A stretch of DNA of 32,000 nt from NCBI RefSeq assembly GCF_023585785.1, contig NZ_CP097765.1:270001-302000 (forward strand), in the 5' to 3' direction. A model generated the notes under the pieces. That model searched no databases and was not told the origin of the DNA. It worked only from the letters and a program-made list of their open reading frames with translations. Position 1 is the stretch's first letter. Each line of letters begins with the position of its first letter. A program made the translations under genes and the position numbers. Below, piece after piece: positions 1-10,719 of the stretch. The stretch comes from Blochmannia endosymbiont of Camponotus modoc. Its GTDB lineage: Bacteria; Pseudomonadota; Gammaproteobacteria; Enterobacterales; Enterobacteriaceae.

Positions 1-1226
1 ATGATGTCTCCTGGAGACAGCGATGGATCATCTGCCATCATTGATAACAAATTATCATGTAACACTTCTACTTCTCGTTGAATACTATGACAAACATGGC
101 AAGTAATTGATTGATCTTCTGATGATAATATATGTCGGTGATTATTTGTAGATGTTGTAGTATCAGGTTGTTTTTTTATATTTTTTATATGATTCTGAAA
201 TTCTAAAATGTTTTTTTGTACAATGTGAAGCAAAGAATCTTGTTTAGGAATAATAAAAGATTTTAGTTCAATTTTATCTTTTAATTGAGTAAACAAAGAT
301 AAAGTATCATAAGCAACATCGCCCCATGCATCTAATAAAGGATGATTGATATTAGAATAATGACTATGATTGGAAAAATGAACAGCAACAGATGAAGATG
401 AGCGCAATGCATTCTTATTGCATAATTGGTTTTCTTGTTGTGTTACGTCATACGAATCTTGATCAGATATATAAATCAAATTATGATAACAGGGATTTAT
501 AAACCATAAGTAAATATCAATATGGTAACTTAATAATTTTAATATATTCCAATATATAGGCGGTATAGATGTTATTCCAAAGATAAATATTCTACTTGGA
601 AGATAATTAAAAATTATCTTCTGAGTATTTTTTAGAAAATCAATACAACGTTGTAAAGGATATATATTACCCTTCAATTTTTGCTGATTACATCGTATAT
701 TCTCTAAGAACATACGCCATATTTTTGATTGCCAGGTTTGATGTGTGTCATCTAAATAATTTATTATTTCATTGGATTCCCAATTGTCCAACCAATCTGG
801 GCGATATATTAAATATTGAATAAATAAATTGGAAAGTTGTTCAGAAAATTGACTTATTTTTTGTTGATTGACATCACCATATAAGTATTTGTATATAATA
901 GAGCACTTTTTTGATATTTGCATTTGAGATAATATTTTCATAAATTTCCAATACATGATAGACTGTGAAAAGTTATCTGCTATAAAATTATTAGGTTCTA
1001 TTTTATTAGAAATATACTGCATGAAAGACATTAAAGTCATAAATTTGATATTACATGCGATACCAAAATGATTGGCTATTTCTATCTGTATCCATTGGTC
1101 CATAATACCGTGTTCTGTTAATATTATTTCAGATTGCATGGGATCAGGAAGTGATTTATCTGACATAGTATTAATTAATAGATTTTTGAATGAATTTGAT
1201 TGGTTAGAATGATAAATAGTAAACAT
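1..1226 (-). CDS. recC: RecC, exonuclease V gamma subunit (N-terminal part; gene runs off the left window edge)
   Basis: Minus-strand open frame from ATG at 1226 (MFTIYHSNQSNSFKNLLINTMSDKSLPDPMQSEIILTEHGIMDQWIQIEIANHFGIACNIKF...) through ...SYHIDIYLWFINPCYHN... and ...ITCHVCHSIQREVEVLHDNLLSMMADDPSLSPGDI; matches E. coli RecC (MLRVYHSN..., FTNPCRYYWGD, FHVCHSPQREVEVLHD). Absent from the ORF track because it is cut by the window edge. Confidence 0.93.
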   Translation of the reverse strand, partial: MFTIYHSNQSNSFKNLLINTMSDKSLPDPMQSEIILTEHGIMDQWIQIEIANHFGIACNIKFMTLMSFMQYISNKIEPNNFIADNFSQSIMYWKFMKILSQMQISKKCSIIYKYLYGDVNQQKISQFSEQLSNLFIQYLIYRPDWLDNWESNEIINYLDDTHQTWQSKIWRMFLENIRCNQQKLKGNIYPLQRCIDFLKNTQKIIFNYLPSRIFIFGITSIPPIYWNILKLLSYHIDIYLWFINPCYHNLIYISDQDSYDVTQQENQLCNKNALRSSSSVAVHFSNHSHYSNINHPLLDAWGDVAYDTLSLFTQLKDKIELKSFIIPKQDSLLHIVQKNILEFQNHIKNIKKQPDTTTSTNNHRHILSSEDQSITCHVCHSIQREVEVLHDNLLSMMADDPSLSPGDI

Positions 1227-1683
1227 TGCGTAATAAAATTATTTAATTTAAATGGGGTATGTTTTTATTAAACTGATATCTATATATCCTCTATATATAC
1301 AGAGGATGGACCATGTTTGTTTATAATTATAACGAAAAATATATTATATATATACTTTGACAGTTATTATTTTAAACAAAAACAATTTTATTAGTTTACA
1401 TATTTTAAAAAATAGAAAAAATAAATAAATTGTTTTCCATGATATGGACTATTTAAAAAAAAAATTAAATTTTTTCAATTATTATTGATTTGTGATATAT
1501 ATATTATATAAATATGGCAGCTAATAGATACATATAAATTTTTAATGTTTAAAAAAAAGATATGTAAATAATTAATAAAAATCAAACTTAATTTAAAGCA
1601 TGAGAGTTATTTTAACAAATAATAACGTATCCAAATTAATTGACATAGATTTTTTAATTATATTGATAACTTTGATAAATCAA

Positions 1684-2529
1684 TTACCTATAAGCAAGAT
1701 AAACTATAATCGTTCCTAATATAATCATAGGGCATGACAAAATTTGTCCCATGGTGGCTATGTTGTTAATTAATCCTAACTGACTATCAGGTTGACGAAA
1801 AATTTCCACTATAATACGAAACACCCCATAACAAATCAGAAATAAACCAGACACACTACCCACGGGATGTGGTTGACGAATAAACTTACTTATGATAATA
1901 AATAATATTACTCCCTCTAAAAACATTTCATATAATTGAGATGGATGACGAGGAAGAACACCGTAACTATCAAATAGTGGTTCCCATTCAGGATGATCTG
2001 GTAGTATTAATAAATCTTGATACACGGAATTAGGAAATAACATAGCCCATGGAATATCAATGGCTATTCGACCCCATAATTCTCCGTTAATAAAATTTCC
2101 TAATCTACCAAGCCCTAATCCAAACGGAACCGCTGGAACGACAAAATCTGATATTTGAAAAAAAGGACGATGTTTTTTGTGAGAAAACCACGCGATCGAT
2201 ATAATTACACCTATTAAACCGCCATGAAAAGACATACCTCCTTCCCATATTTTAAAGATCCACAGTAAATTATTAGAAAAAAAAGACCACTGATAAAATA
2301 ATACGTATCCAATGCGACCACCTAATAAAACACCCAAAAAACACAAACATAATAAATGTTCTACATCTGTATGAGTCCATGAAACATTATTGAGATGACG
2401 CATACGGTACGATAATGACCACATAGCATATATAAAACCTAATCCATACATTACGCCATACCAATGTAATGAAATAGGTCCTATTGTAAAAATTATCGGA
2501 TTACATGCATGATAATAAAGATTCTGCAT
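1684..2529 (-). CDS. lgt: Prolipoprotein diacylglyceryl transferase
   Basis: 281 aa ORF with [62 protein letters not shown]; Lgt signatures. Confidence 0.97.
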   Translation of the reverse strand: MQNLYYHACNPIIFTIGPISLHWYGVMYGLGFIYAMWSLSYRMRHLNNVSWTHTDVEHLLCLCFLGVLLGGRIGYVLFYQWSFFSNNLLWIFKIWEGGMSFHGGLIGVIISIAWFSHKKHRPFFQISDFVVPAVPFGLGLGRLGNFINGELWGRIAIDIPWAMLFPNSVYQDLLILPDHPEWEPLFDSYGVLPRHPSQLYEMFLEGVILFIIISKFIRQPHPVGSVSGLFLICYGVFRIIVEIFRQPDSQLGLINNIATMGQILSCPMIILGTIIVYLAYR

Positions 2530-2719
2530 ATTGATTAATTATACTATTTATATAATTTTTATAATCAGTTTTAATCACAAAACGTAGTTATTTTAAACAA
2601 AGCACGTTTCAATGTACTATTAATATTGACGTGCACAATCTTCAATGGAAGATTGAAATTCTTTTTATTAATCATACTGCATCTAATCTTCTTCTTTATA
2701 AGGATATAATAGTATTAAA

Positions 2720-3196
2720 CTATGATATTATTACATCAACAAATTCCTGCATAACTTTTCTATATACATCTCTTTTAAAGAATACGACTCGACGTATGGG
2801 ATACCATAGGCTCACCCACTTCCAGCTATCAAATGTGTAATCTTTATTATTTTTTATGTTAATTCGTGTATCTTTGGATAAAAGCTTTAATAAAAACCAC
2901 TTTTGTTTTTGCCCAAAGCAAATAGGCCTAATTTTCCAACGAATTAATTTTTTAGGTAACTTGTAATGCATCCAGTATTGCGTTGAAGATAGAATACGAA
3001 CATCTTGATAATTCAATCCTATCTCTTCAAATAATTCCCTATACATGGCTTGTTCTGGAGTCTCTCCAATGTTAATTCCACCTTGAGGAAATTGCCAGCA
3101 GTAATGCTGCTTACATTTTCTGGCCCATAATACTTGCTGATGAGTATTACATAACACAATTCCTACGTTTAATCGGTAACCGTTATTATCAATCAC
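2720..3196 (-). CDS. rppH: RNA pyrophosphohydrolase (Nudix)
   Basis: [17 protein letters not shown]... with Nudix box [23 protein letters not shown]; C-terminus shorter than in E. coli. Confidence 0.96.
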   Translation of the reverse strand: MIDNNGYRLNVGIVLCNTHQQVLWARKCKQHYCWQFPQGGINIGETPEQAMYRELFEEIGLNYQDVRILSSTQYWMHYKLPKKLIRWKIRPICFGQKQKWFLLKLLSKDTRINIKNNKDYTFDSWKWVSLWYPIRRVVFFKRDVYRKVMQEFVDVIIS

Positions 3197-3420
3197 CAGA
3201 TTGCCTCGGTTTTATTGAGATATTTCATTAAAATTTTTAAATATTTATAATAAATACAACCATTCCTATTATATTTTATAAAAATGCAGGAACTATAGAT
3301 TATCCAAAATATATACAATCCCGTATATCTGTATTATTATACATAATACAATAAAATTATAACACTAACATACCTATTGTATTTTATACTATAATTATAC
3401 TCAACTCAAGGAGTTTTATT

Positions 3421-3471
3421 ATGGTCGTGATATTCTTAGTCAATAACCTGCACAGAAATTTTTTTAATTAA
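3421..3471 (+). other. Candidate 16-codon mini-ORF (MVVIFLVNNLHRNFFN) with near-ideal Shine-Dalgarno; function unknown, may be a decayed gene start
   Basis: AAGGAG at 3408-3413, 7 nt before the ATG at 3421; TATAAT at 3390-3395; lies in a spacer with no other coding signal. Confidence 0.3.
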
Positions 3472-3834
3472 AAAATTTAATTATAATTTGTATTAAGTTT
3501 TACTACTTAAAATCGATGTTGTTAAGTTTTTTATTAAAAAAAATGGAGATATGATGTCTCTTATAGAAACATGATGAATAATAACCCTCTACAGTTTTAA
3601 TTTAAAATAAAAGTGTAAGAATACATTTTAATCTGTATCTCACGATTCATAATATGTTTTTTTGTTAAAAACACTATAGTAAATAATTGTCAAATAAATA
3701 AGACTATAAAAATTAAAATTGAAAAAGTTATTAAAATATTTAAATTTATTTAATCTGGCATTTTAAAAGATACTAAATAATAAGTTTTTAATAAATAATT
3801 TTATATAGTATAATATTTATAATATTCGGTAATT

Positions 3835-5124
3835 TCAACAATTTTCATTATTAAATTTTTCTGTTATTTCCAACATAAATAAATCTTCTAGTTTTTGTTT
3901 TCGGCGAATTTGACGAATTTGTCCATTTTCAAATAAAACTTCTGGTAGTAACGGACGGGTATTATAATTAGAAGACATAGAAGCCCCGTATGCTCCAGTG
4001 TCATGAAATATTAAATAATCTCCTACTTTTGCTGAACAAGGTAATTTACGTGCTAATATTGTTCCGTTCATATTTTGTGTAAAAATATCTCCAGATTCAC
4101 ATAGTGGACCGCCAACAACAGTATCGCATAATGTTTCTAAAATAACGCTGCGATTATCTCCAGGTACTAATGAAATATGATGATAACTACCATACATGAC
4201 TGGGCGCATTAAATCATTATACCCTGCGTCTATTAATACAAAATGACGATTACCCATGTCTTTTACCGCTCTAATTTGTGTAATTAATATTCCTGATTCA
4301 GCCACAAGAAAACGACCAGGTTCTATTTCTAATGTTACTGTGTGATTTAAATATTGGCTAATGTATTTTCTCGCATTATTCCATAATTGAAAATAATGAT
4401 TTACATCTAAAACTATATCATTATTTTGATATGGTATTGTTAATCCTCCTCCAGCAGAAATAACATGTACATCTATTTTATATTTTAAAATCTGTTGGAC
4501 CATCGCATTACATACTTTAGATAAATGATCGTACCGTACTCCAGAACCAATATGCATATGCAGTCCGATTAACTGCAGATCATAATGATGAATATAAGAT
4601 AAAGCTATTGGTATATCTTCATGCCAAATTCCATGCTTGCTATTTTCTCCTCCAGTATTAGTTTTTTGGTTATGTCCGTGTCCAAATCCAGGATTAATAC
4701 GCAACCATATTTTATGTCCAGGAGAACAAGCTCCTAATTGCGCTAACATATCTATCGATCCTGCATTAACAACAATATTTAGTTCTGATATTCTTAATAA
4801 TGTTTCTTCTTCTAAAATATCAGCAGTGAAAACTATTTCATTGCTTTGTTTTCCCGTTTTAAAACCAGCTAATAATGCTCGTTCGATCTCGCCTAAAGAA
4901 ACAGCATCTACTTTAACTTCATAATTGTGCATTAATCGTAAAATATGAATATTAGAACAAGATTTTTGAGCGTACCGTATAACGTCAAATTGTTTTAATT
5001 GTGTAATACGATTAATTATAATCGATGCATCGTATACCCATACTGGACCTTTATATTTTTGATGTAATTTTTTTAAGCTTTCATAGGTAAGAGCACTTGT
5101 TTGCGCAAAGATATTATGTGTCAC
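3835..5124 (-). CDS. lysA: Diaminopimelate decarboxylase
   Basis: 429 aa; YAQKSCSNIHILRLM (PLP lysine region), INPGFGHGHNQKTNTGGENSKHGIW, HMHIGSGV, EPGRFLVAESG, CESGDIFTQ; closely matches E. coli LysA. Confidence 0.97.
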   Translation of the reverse strand: MTHNIFAQTSALTYESLKKLHQKYKGPVWVYDASIIINRITQLKQFDVIRYAQKSCSNIHILRLMHNYEVKVDAVSLGEIERALLAGFKTGKQSNEIVFTADILEEETLLRISELNIVVNAGSIDMLAQLGACSPGHKIWLRINPGFGHGHNQKTNTGGENSKHGIWHEDIPIALSYIHHYDLQLIGLHMHIGSGVRYDHLSKVCNAMVQQILKYKIDVHVISAGGGLTIPYQNNDIVLDVNHYFQLWNNARKYISQYLNHTVTLEIEPGRFLVAESGILITQIRAVKDMGNRHFVLIDAGYNDLMRPVMYGSYHHISLVPGDNRSVILETLCDTVVGGPLCESGDIFTQNMNGTILARKLPCSAKVGDYLIFHDTGAYGASMSSNYNTRPLLPEVLFENGQIRQIRRKQKLEDLFMLEITEKFNNENC

Positions 5125-5301
5125 GCTATATTCCTATTATCTTTTTGATATATATTTTAAATATCAAAATATTTCGAAATTATATCTTGAATATATAGTT
5201 GAAAATTATTTAAAAATAGGTTTGTTTTATTAAAAAATTAATCAGATAAAATCATAAATATATAATTACTTTTTAAGTACACTGAAAAATATAGATAAAT
5301 T

Positions 5302-6831
5302 TTATTTTGGGCGAAGTGTAGGAAATAAAATTACATCACGAATAGTATGACTGTCGGTAAGCAACATGATCAAACGATCAATTCCTATCCCAATACCTGC
5401 TGTAGGAGGTAATCCATATTCTAGTGCAATTAAATAATCTTCGTCATAATTTATGTGAACATTATTATTATTTGTTTTATCTTTTTTTCCATATGCTTGT
5501 TTTAAAAAACGTTCCTTTTGGTCTTCTGGATCGTTTAATTCTGAAAAGCCATTTCCTATTTCTCGTCCAGCAATGAAAAGTTCAAAACGATCAGCAAACT
5601 CTGGATTGTTATCATTACGACGTGCTAATGGAGATATTTCTATTGGATAAGAAGTAACACAAGTTGGTTGAATTATTTTTTTTTCTATTGCTTCTTCAAA
5701 AATAACCATATGTATTCTGTGTAACGTCCAACAACTTTTAACTTTAATGCCAAGTGATTTTGCAATAGAAACGGTAGTACATATATCGTCTATATTTTGG
5801 GATCTAGTTTCTGGTAGATAATACAATATAGCTTCTTTTATACTGATTTGCCTAAAAGGATGCTTAAAATCTAATTCATAATCCCCATAATTTATTATAT
5901 TACTACCTAGTATTTTCTGTGTTACCGATCTTAATAAATTTTGCACTAAGGTGATTATATCACGATAATCAGCATAAGCCATATATATTTCCATCATTGT
6001 AAACTCAGGATTATGATAAGAAGATATACCTTCATTACGAAAATTACGATTTATTTCGAATATTCGCTCAAAACCACCTATCACTAATTTTTTTAGATAT
6101 AATTCTGGAGCGATTCGTAAATACATATCTATTCCTAATTTATTATGATGTGTAATAAAAGGATGCGCTATAGCTCCTCCTGCAATTGTGTGCATCATTG
6201 GTGTCTCTACTTCCATGAAATTATTTTTTTTCATGAATTGACGTATTTCAGAAATCACTAGAGAACGTATTTTGAATGTTTTTCTTGTATTTTCATTAAT
6301 AATTAAGTCTAAATATCTTTGACGATATTTTGTTTCTTGATTGTTTAAACCATGAAACTTATCTGGTAATGGACGCAATGATTTAGTTAATAATCGAATT
6401 TCTTTACAGTATATTGATAGTTCTCCAGTACGTGTTCTAAATAATATACCGCGTGCTCCTAAGATATCTCCTAAATCCCATTGTTTTATATTTTCATCGT
6501 ATAAATTTGTTGTTAATGCATTAGAAGTAATGTATAATTGTATACAGCCCTCAGCATCTCGTACAGTTATAAAAGATGCTTTTCCCATGATACGTTGACT
6601 TATTATACGGCCTGCTACGGTTACTTCAATCTTTAATTGTATCAATTCTACATTGGATGTATGAGCGTATTTTTTGTGTAATTGATCAGAAATAGAATTA
6701 CGACGAAAATTATTTGGGAATGCTACGCCTTTTTCACGAAGTTTTGATAGTTTTTTTCGACGAGTATTTAATTCATCATCGACATTAAATTTTTGATATG
6801 AATGATCTTTTGAATATACGTATTTAGTCAT
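5302..6831 (-). CDS. lysS: Lysyl-tRNA synthetase (class II)
   Basis: 509 aa; [68 protein letters not shown]. Confidence 0.98.
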   Translation of the reverse strand: MTKYVYSKDHSYQKFNVDDELNTRRKKLSKLREKGVAFPNNFRRNSISDQLHKKYAHTSNVELIQLKIEVTVAGRIISQRIMGKASFITVRDAEGCIQLYITSNALTTNLYDENIKQWDLGDILGARGILFRTRTGELSIYCKEIRLLTKSLRPLPDKFHGLNNQETKYRQRYLDLIINENTRKTFKIRSLVISEIRQFMKKNNFMEVETPMMHTIAGGAIAHPFITHHNKLGIDMYLRIAPELYLKKLVIGGFERIFEINRNFRNEGISSYHNPEFTMMEIYMAYADYRDIITLVQNLLRSVTQKILGSNIINYGDYELDFKHPFRQISIKEAILYYLPETRSQNIDDICTTVSIAKSLGIKVKSCWTLHRIHMVIFEEAIEKKIIQPTCVTSYPIEISPLARRNDNNPEFADRFELFIAGREIGNGFSELNDPEDQKERFLKQAYGKKDKTNNNNVHINYDEDYLIALEYGLPPTAGIGIGIDRLIMLLTDSHTIRDVILFPTLRPK

Positions 6832-7937
6832 TATGAATCTCGCTTAAAGTGTTTTTAATGCTAACTCTTATAAAATCGTCTAGATCTCCATTTAAAACAG
6901 CTTTAACATTACGTTTTTCAAAACCAGTACGTAAATCTTTAACTCTAGAATTATCTAAAATATAAGATCGTATTTGATTACCCCAAGTAATATTTACTTT
7001 ATTGCTTTCTCTCATTTTTTTTTCATAATTTTTTTTTTGTAATTCAAGCTCATATAATTTAGCTCTTAGTTGTTTCATAGCTTGATTTTTATTTTTGTGT
7101 TGTGAACGATCACTTTGACATTGGGTAACAATATTTGTTGGTATATGGGTAATGCGTACTGCAGATTCTGTACGGTTAACATGTTGACCTCCTGCTCCAG
7201 AAGCTCGGTAAACATCACAACGTAGATCTTCTGGGCGAATATGAATATTTATACTATCATCTAATTCTGGATATACAAATACTGAAGCAAATGAAGTATG
7301 GCGTTTCCTAGCAGAATCAAAAGGACTTTTGCGCACTAGTCTGTGTACACCAGATTCAGTGCGTAACCAACCATATGCATAAGGCCCAATAACTTGAATA
7401 GTAGCAGATTTTATCCCAGTGACCTCTCCTGTCGATTCTTCAATAACGTCGGCCATAAAACCTTTGTGATCGATCCAACGTAAATACATGCGCAACAACA
7501 TGCTGGCCCAATCCTGTGCTTCTATTCCCCCAGATCCTGATTGAATATCGACATAACAATTGGAATCATCATACTTTCCTATAAACATACGACTAATCTC
7601 TAATTGAGATAACGTACGTTCTAAATCAATTGATTGATCATGAATTTCGGAAAGTAGGATGTTATCATATTCTTCCGTCAATTCTAACAAATCATTTAAA
7701 TCCACTAAATTTTTATAAAGCTGATCAACAATATTGATAAAAATCTTTAAAGAAGATGATTTTTGTCTAAGAATTTTTGCTGTTTTAGGATTTTTCCAAA
7801 TACCGGGTGATTTTAGTTCGTTACTAATTATTTTAAAATCTTTTCTTTTGAGATCGTAGTCAAAAATCATCCTTAAACTTCAATATTCTATTTAACATAA
7901 CTTGAATATGTTGTTTAGTAAAATCGATATCTATCAT
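6824..7937 (-). CDS. prfB: Peptide chain release factor 2, including programmed +1 frameshift: 25-codon leader 7937..7863, in-frame UGA at 7862..7860, reading resumes at 7861..6824
   Basis: Main ORF 6824..7870 contains [21 protein letters not shown] and [38 protein letters not shown]. Upstream minus-strand frame reads ATG ATA GAT ATC GAT TTT ... AAG GAT GAT TTT TGA C, 25 sense codons then TGA, followed in +1 frame by DYDLKRKDF, equivalent to E. coli ...CTT TGA C / DYDAKKERL. Confidence 0.95.
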
Positions 7938-8436
7938 AAAATTTTATTCCTTAAGATGTATATTTTTATTCATATAATTTCACGTAATCGTACATATATT
8001 AATATACTGTAATACAATTCCACAAAGACCCCCTATATAATATGTGCAAAGAATATGTATTTTCTTATGATATTAGTATATAGTGTGATTTTGATCTTTG
8101 ATCGTCATTAATCAAATATGTAATAAGTCGTATGTACGTACGAAACTGTTATATACGTTTTTATTTATTTCATTTCAATTAACACCGTAAATAATCATAC
8201 ATGACGAAGAGAATAGCATCCTATCAATCATGGTCATTGCGCTTATATTATCATTTTAATTGTACATATAGTTAAAAATCGATAATTGTTTAATTATAAA
8301 TATTATGATATTACATGGTTAATGATGATGTAGTTTTTTGTTATCTTTCGGTTGTAGATATTTAATTAGTGGGATTAATTAGTATATATTATATGATATT
8401 TATTCGGAGTTATTTTTATTCATAAGGAAAAATATA

Positions 8437-9429
8437 ATGTTTCCTCGTATGGCTTTTTTGGGACAGTATCCTATACCCTCAAAAGATTTGCCGCTAACAT
8501 TCATCTCCTTAGAAGAATGGACTTTAGTGAGATTATATGGACCAGATGTGACAAAATGCTTACACAATCAATTTACTTGTGATATTCAAAATTTGAATAA
8601 ACATAAATATAGTTTTTCAGCGCATTGTAACCCAAAAGGCAAAATGATTAGCAATATGTATGTTTTTCATCTTAAAAATCAAGAAATGGCATTTATTGAA
8701 CGTCTAAATATATGCAAAAAACAAATAGAAGAAATGAAAAAATATATGGTATTTTCTAATGTTACTGTTATTCCTGATTATGATGCAATACTTATTGGAA
8801 TAGCTGGAATAAATGCAAGAAATCATTTAAAAATGTTTTTTTCAGTTTTACCAAATAAGACACACACAATAATTCATGCTCAAGATGTGACCTTACTTTA
8901 TTTTAGTTCTCCATCAGAACGATTTTTGTTGATTATTAATAAAAAATCAGTATTAGATTATTTGTTAAGTGAATCACAGTCTCAGATACAACTTAATGAT
9001 AGTCGTCAATGGGTATCATTAGATATGGAAGCGGGTTATCCAATTATTGAGCCAATGACTAGTGAATTATTTGTTCCTCAAGCTGTTAATATGGATACAT
9101 TAGACGGAATTAGCTTTAATAAAGGTTGTTATATTGGACAAGAATCTATTGCGCGTATTAAGTATCGTGGGTATAACAAACAAAATTTATATCGATTAAG
9201 TGGTGTCATTGATTATAAGAAAAATTATAAATTTCCTGCTGCTGGTGATCAAGTAGAGTTAAAAATAAATAATCAACACTGGAAAAATGTTGGAATTGTT
9301 TTACAGTCTTGTCAAATTAAAAAAGATAATATATGGATACAAGTAGTATTAAATAGATCTATTTTAGAACCTTCAGAATGGAGAATTACAAATACACAAA
9401 CTCATGATAGTCTCATGTTTTATTATTAA
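8437..9429 (+). CDS. ygfZ: tRNA-modifying protein YgfZ (folate-dependent, Fe-S related)
   Basis: 330 aa; conserved KGCYIGQESIARIKYRG motif (KGCYxGQE) and ELNDSRQWVSLDMEAGYPIIE-like region. Confidence 0.95.
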   Translation: MFPRMAFLGQYPIPSKDLPLTFISLEEWTLVRLYGPDVTKCLHNQFTCDIQNLNKHKYSFSAHCNPKGKMISNMYVFHLKNQEMAFIERLNICKKQIEEMKKYMVFSNVTVIPDYDAILIGIAGINARNHLKMFFSVLPNKTHTIIHAQDVTLLYFSSPSERFLLIINKKSVLDYLLSESQSQIQLNDSRQWVSLDMEAGYPIIEPMTSELFVPQAVNMDTLDGISFNKGCYIGQESIARIKYRGYNKQNLYRLSGVIDYKKNYKFPAAGDQVELKINNQHWKNVGIVLQSCQIKKDNIWIQVVLNRSILEPSEWRITNTQTHDSLMFYY

Positions 9430-9473
9430 TATTTGATGCATTTAAATATTTTTTAATATCACAATATTTCTTT

Positions 9474-10697
9474 TTAGTCATAATGATCTCGTAGCAACCA
9501 TTCTGGCATATTATTTAAACCCATAATGCGATGTAAAACATGCAGTTTTAAGTTGGGAACCGTGTTTATGAGATAAAAAATAAAATATTGTATGTATTTT
9601 AAAAGATGATTCTTATCATGAAGAAACATATAAATGTATGGAATATTTATAGAATCTTTAATTATTCTGTATTTTCTATTTCGTTCGTAATACTTTAAAT
9701 AAGTGTAGTGTCCAATGTCTTGATCATTTTCTTTCAGACTCTTCAGATGATGTAATAAAACTGCTGCATCTATCAGTTCTGAATTAATATTTTGAAAAAA
9801 TAAAGGACACATGGTGTACGCAGATTTTCCTAATAACACCAAACGATGATTTGTAAAGTTGTGTGCATATTGCATTCTCGGTAGTAAAATGTTATGATTT
9901 TTATCGTCACATATAACACAATGGCCGAGTATATTGCAGATTTTAATTAATGCATAATTAATAGATTGATCAGAAGCAGATATATACAGATATTTTTTAG
10001 CGGTATACGGGGGTAATAACCAAAAAACAACGGAAAGATGCACGTTTTTTAATGGTAATAATATTACTAACCCATCGTTATGAATGATACAACGAAGAGT
10101 GTTGTTGTGAGTTTTCTCAGTATGAATAATGGTAGTGAATCCATAATATTTAGTATCTTTAAATATTAATGAGATATTTGCGGCGTTTCTTACCCAAGAA
10201 TTAATTCCATCTGCACCTATTACTAATTTAGCTTTGAATGTATAATTATTAGTTATTGTAATAAATGCTGTATCTTCATGGTAATTTATTGCTGAAGGTG
10301 CATGTGAATCTATAAATATAATATTTTTTAATTGTCGTGCTCGATCAATTAAAGCTTGGTATATACAATATTTATTAATAACATATCCTAACTCAAGATA
10401 TCCTAAGTAACCGGAATCGAAAACAATTTTACTTATATTATTCTTTTTGATAATTTCTAATTTATGTAATAGAACAGAAAAATGTGATATGTTGTGATGC
10501 CAAATTTTTAAATACTGCAGTATTCTCATGCTAGTTATATTAACTAATGATGTTTCTAGATCCCATTGATCTTTTTCGTATATATGAAAATGGGTTTTAT
10601 GTTCTATAATTGCAATGCGAAAACAATCACCTAAACCGCAGGCTAATGCCAATCCGGCAATTCCTTGATTTACAATTAATAGATCGAAACTGTCCAC
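9474..10697 (-). CDS. ubiI: UbiI/VisC-type 2-octaprenylphenol hydroxylase with eroded FAD-binding fingerprints
   Basis: 407 aa; aligns end to end with E. coli VisC (LVIGADGINSWVRN; DIGHYTYLKYYERNRKYR; IMGLNNMPEWL) but GGGMVG is NQGIAG and [18 protein letters not shown] is GKSAYTMCPLFFQNINSE. Confidence 0.88.
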   Translation of the reverse strand: MDSFDLLIVNQGIAGLALACGLGDCFRIAIIEHKTHFHIYEKDQWDLETSLVNITSMRILQYLKIWHHNISHFSVLLHKLEIIKKNNISKIVFDSGYLGYLELGYVINKYCIYQALIDRARQLKNIIFIDSHAPSAINYHEDTAFITITNNYTFKAKLVIGADGINSWVRNAANISLIFKDTKYYGFTTIIHTEKTHNNTLRCIIHNDGLVILLPLKNVHLSVVFWLLPPYTAKKYLYISASDQSINYALIKICNILGHCVICDDKNHNILLPRMQYAHNFTNHRLVLLGKSAYTMCPLFFQNINSELIDAAVLLHHLKSLKENDQDIGHYTYLKYYERNRKYRIIKDSINIPYIYMFLHDKNHLLKYIQYFIFYLINTVPNLKLHVLHRIMGLNNMPEWLLRDHYD

Positions 10698-10719
10698 ATT
10701 ATTGTTTATTTAAATAAAA

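Noticed and set aside
2631-2840. Plus-strand ORF of 69 aa in the track
   Set aside because: Overlaps the end of rppH antisense, low-complexity composition, no recognisable family.
4637-4924. Plus-strand ORF of 95 aa antisense to lysA
   Set aside because: Shadow ORF of a strongly conserved lysA region; no independent start or family evidence.
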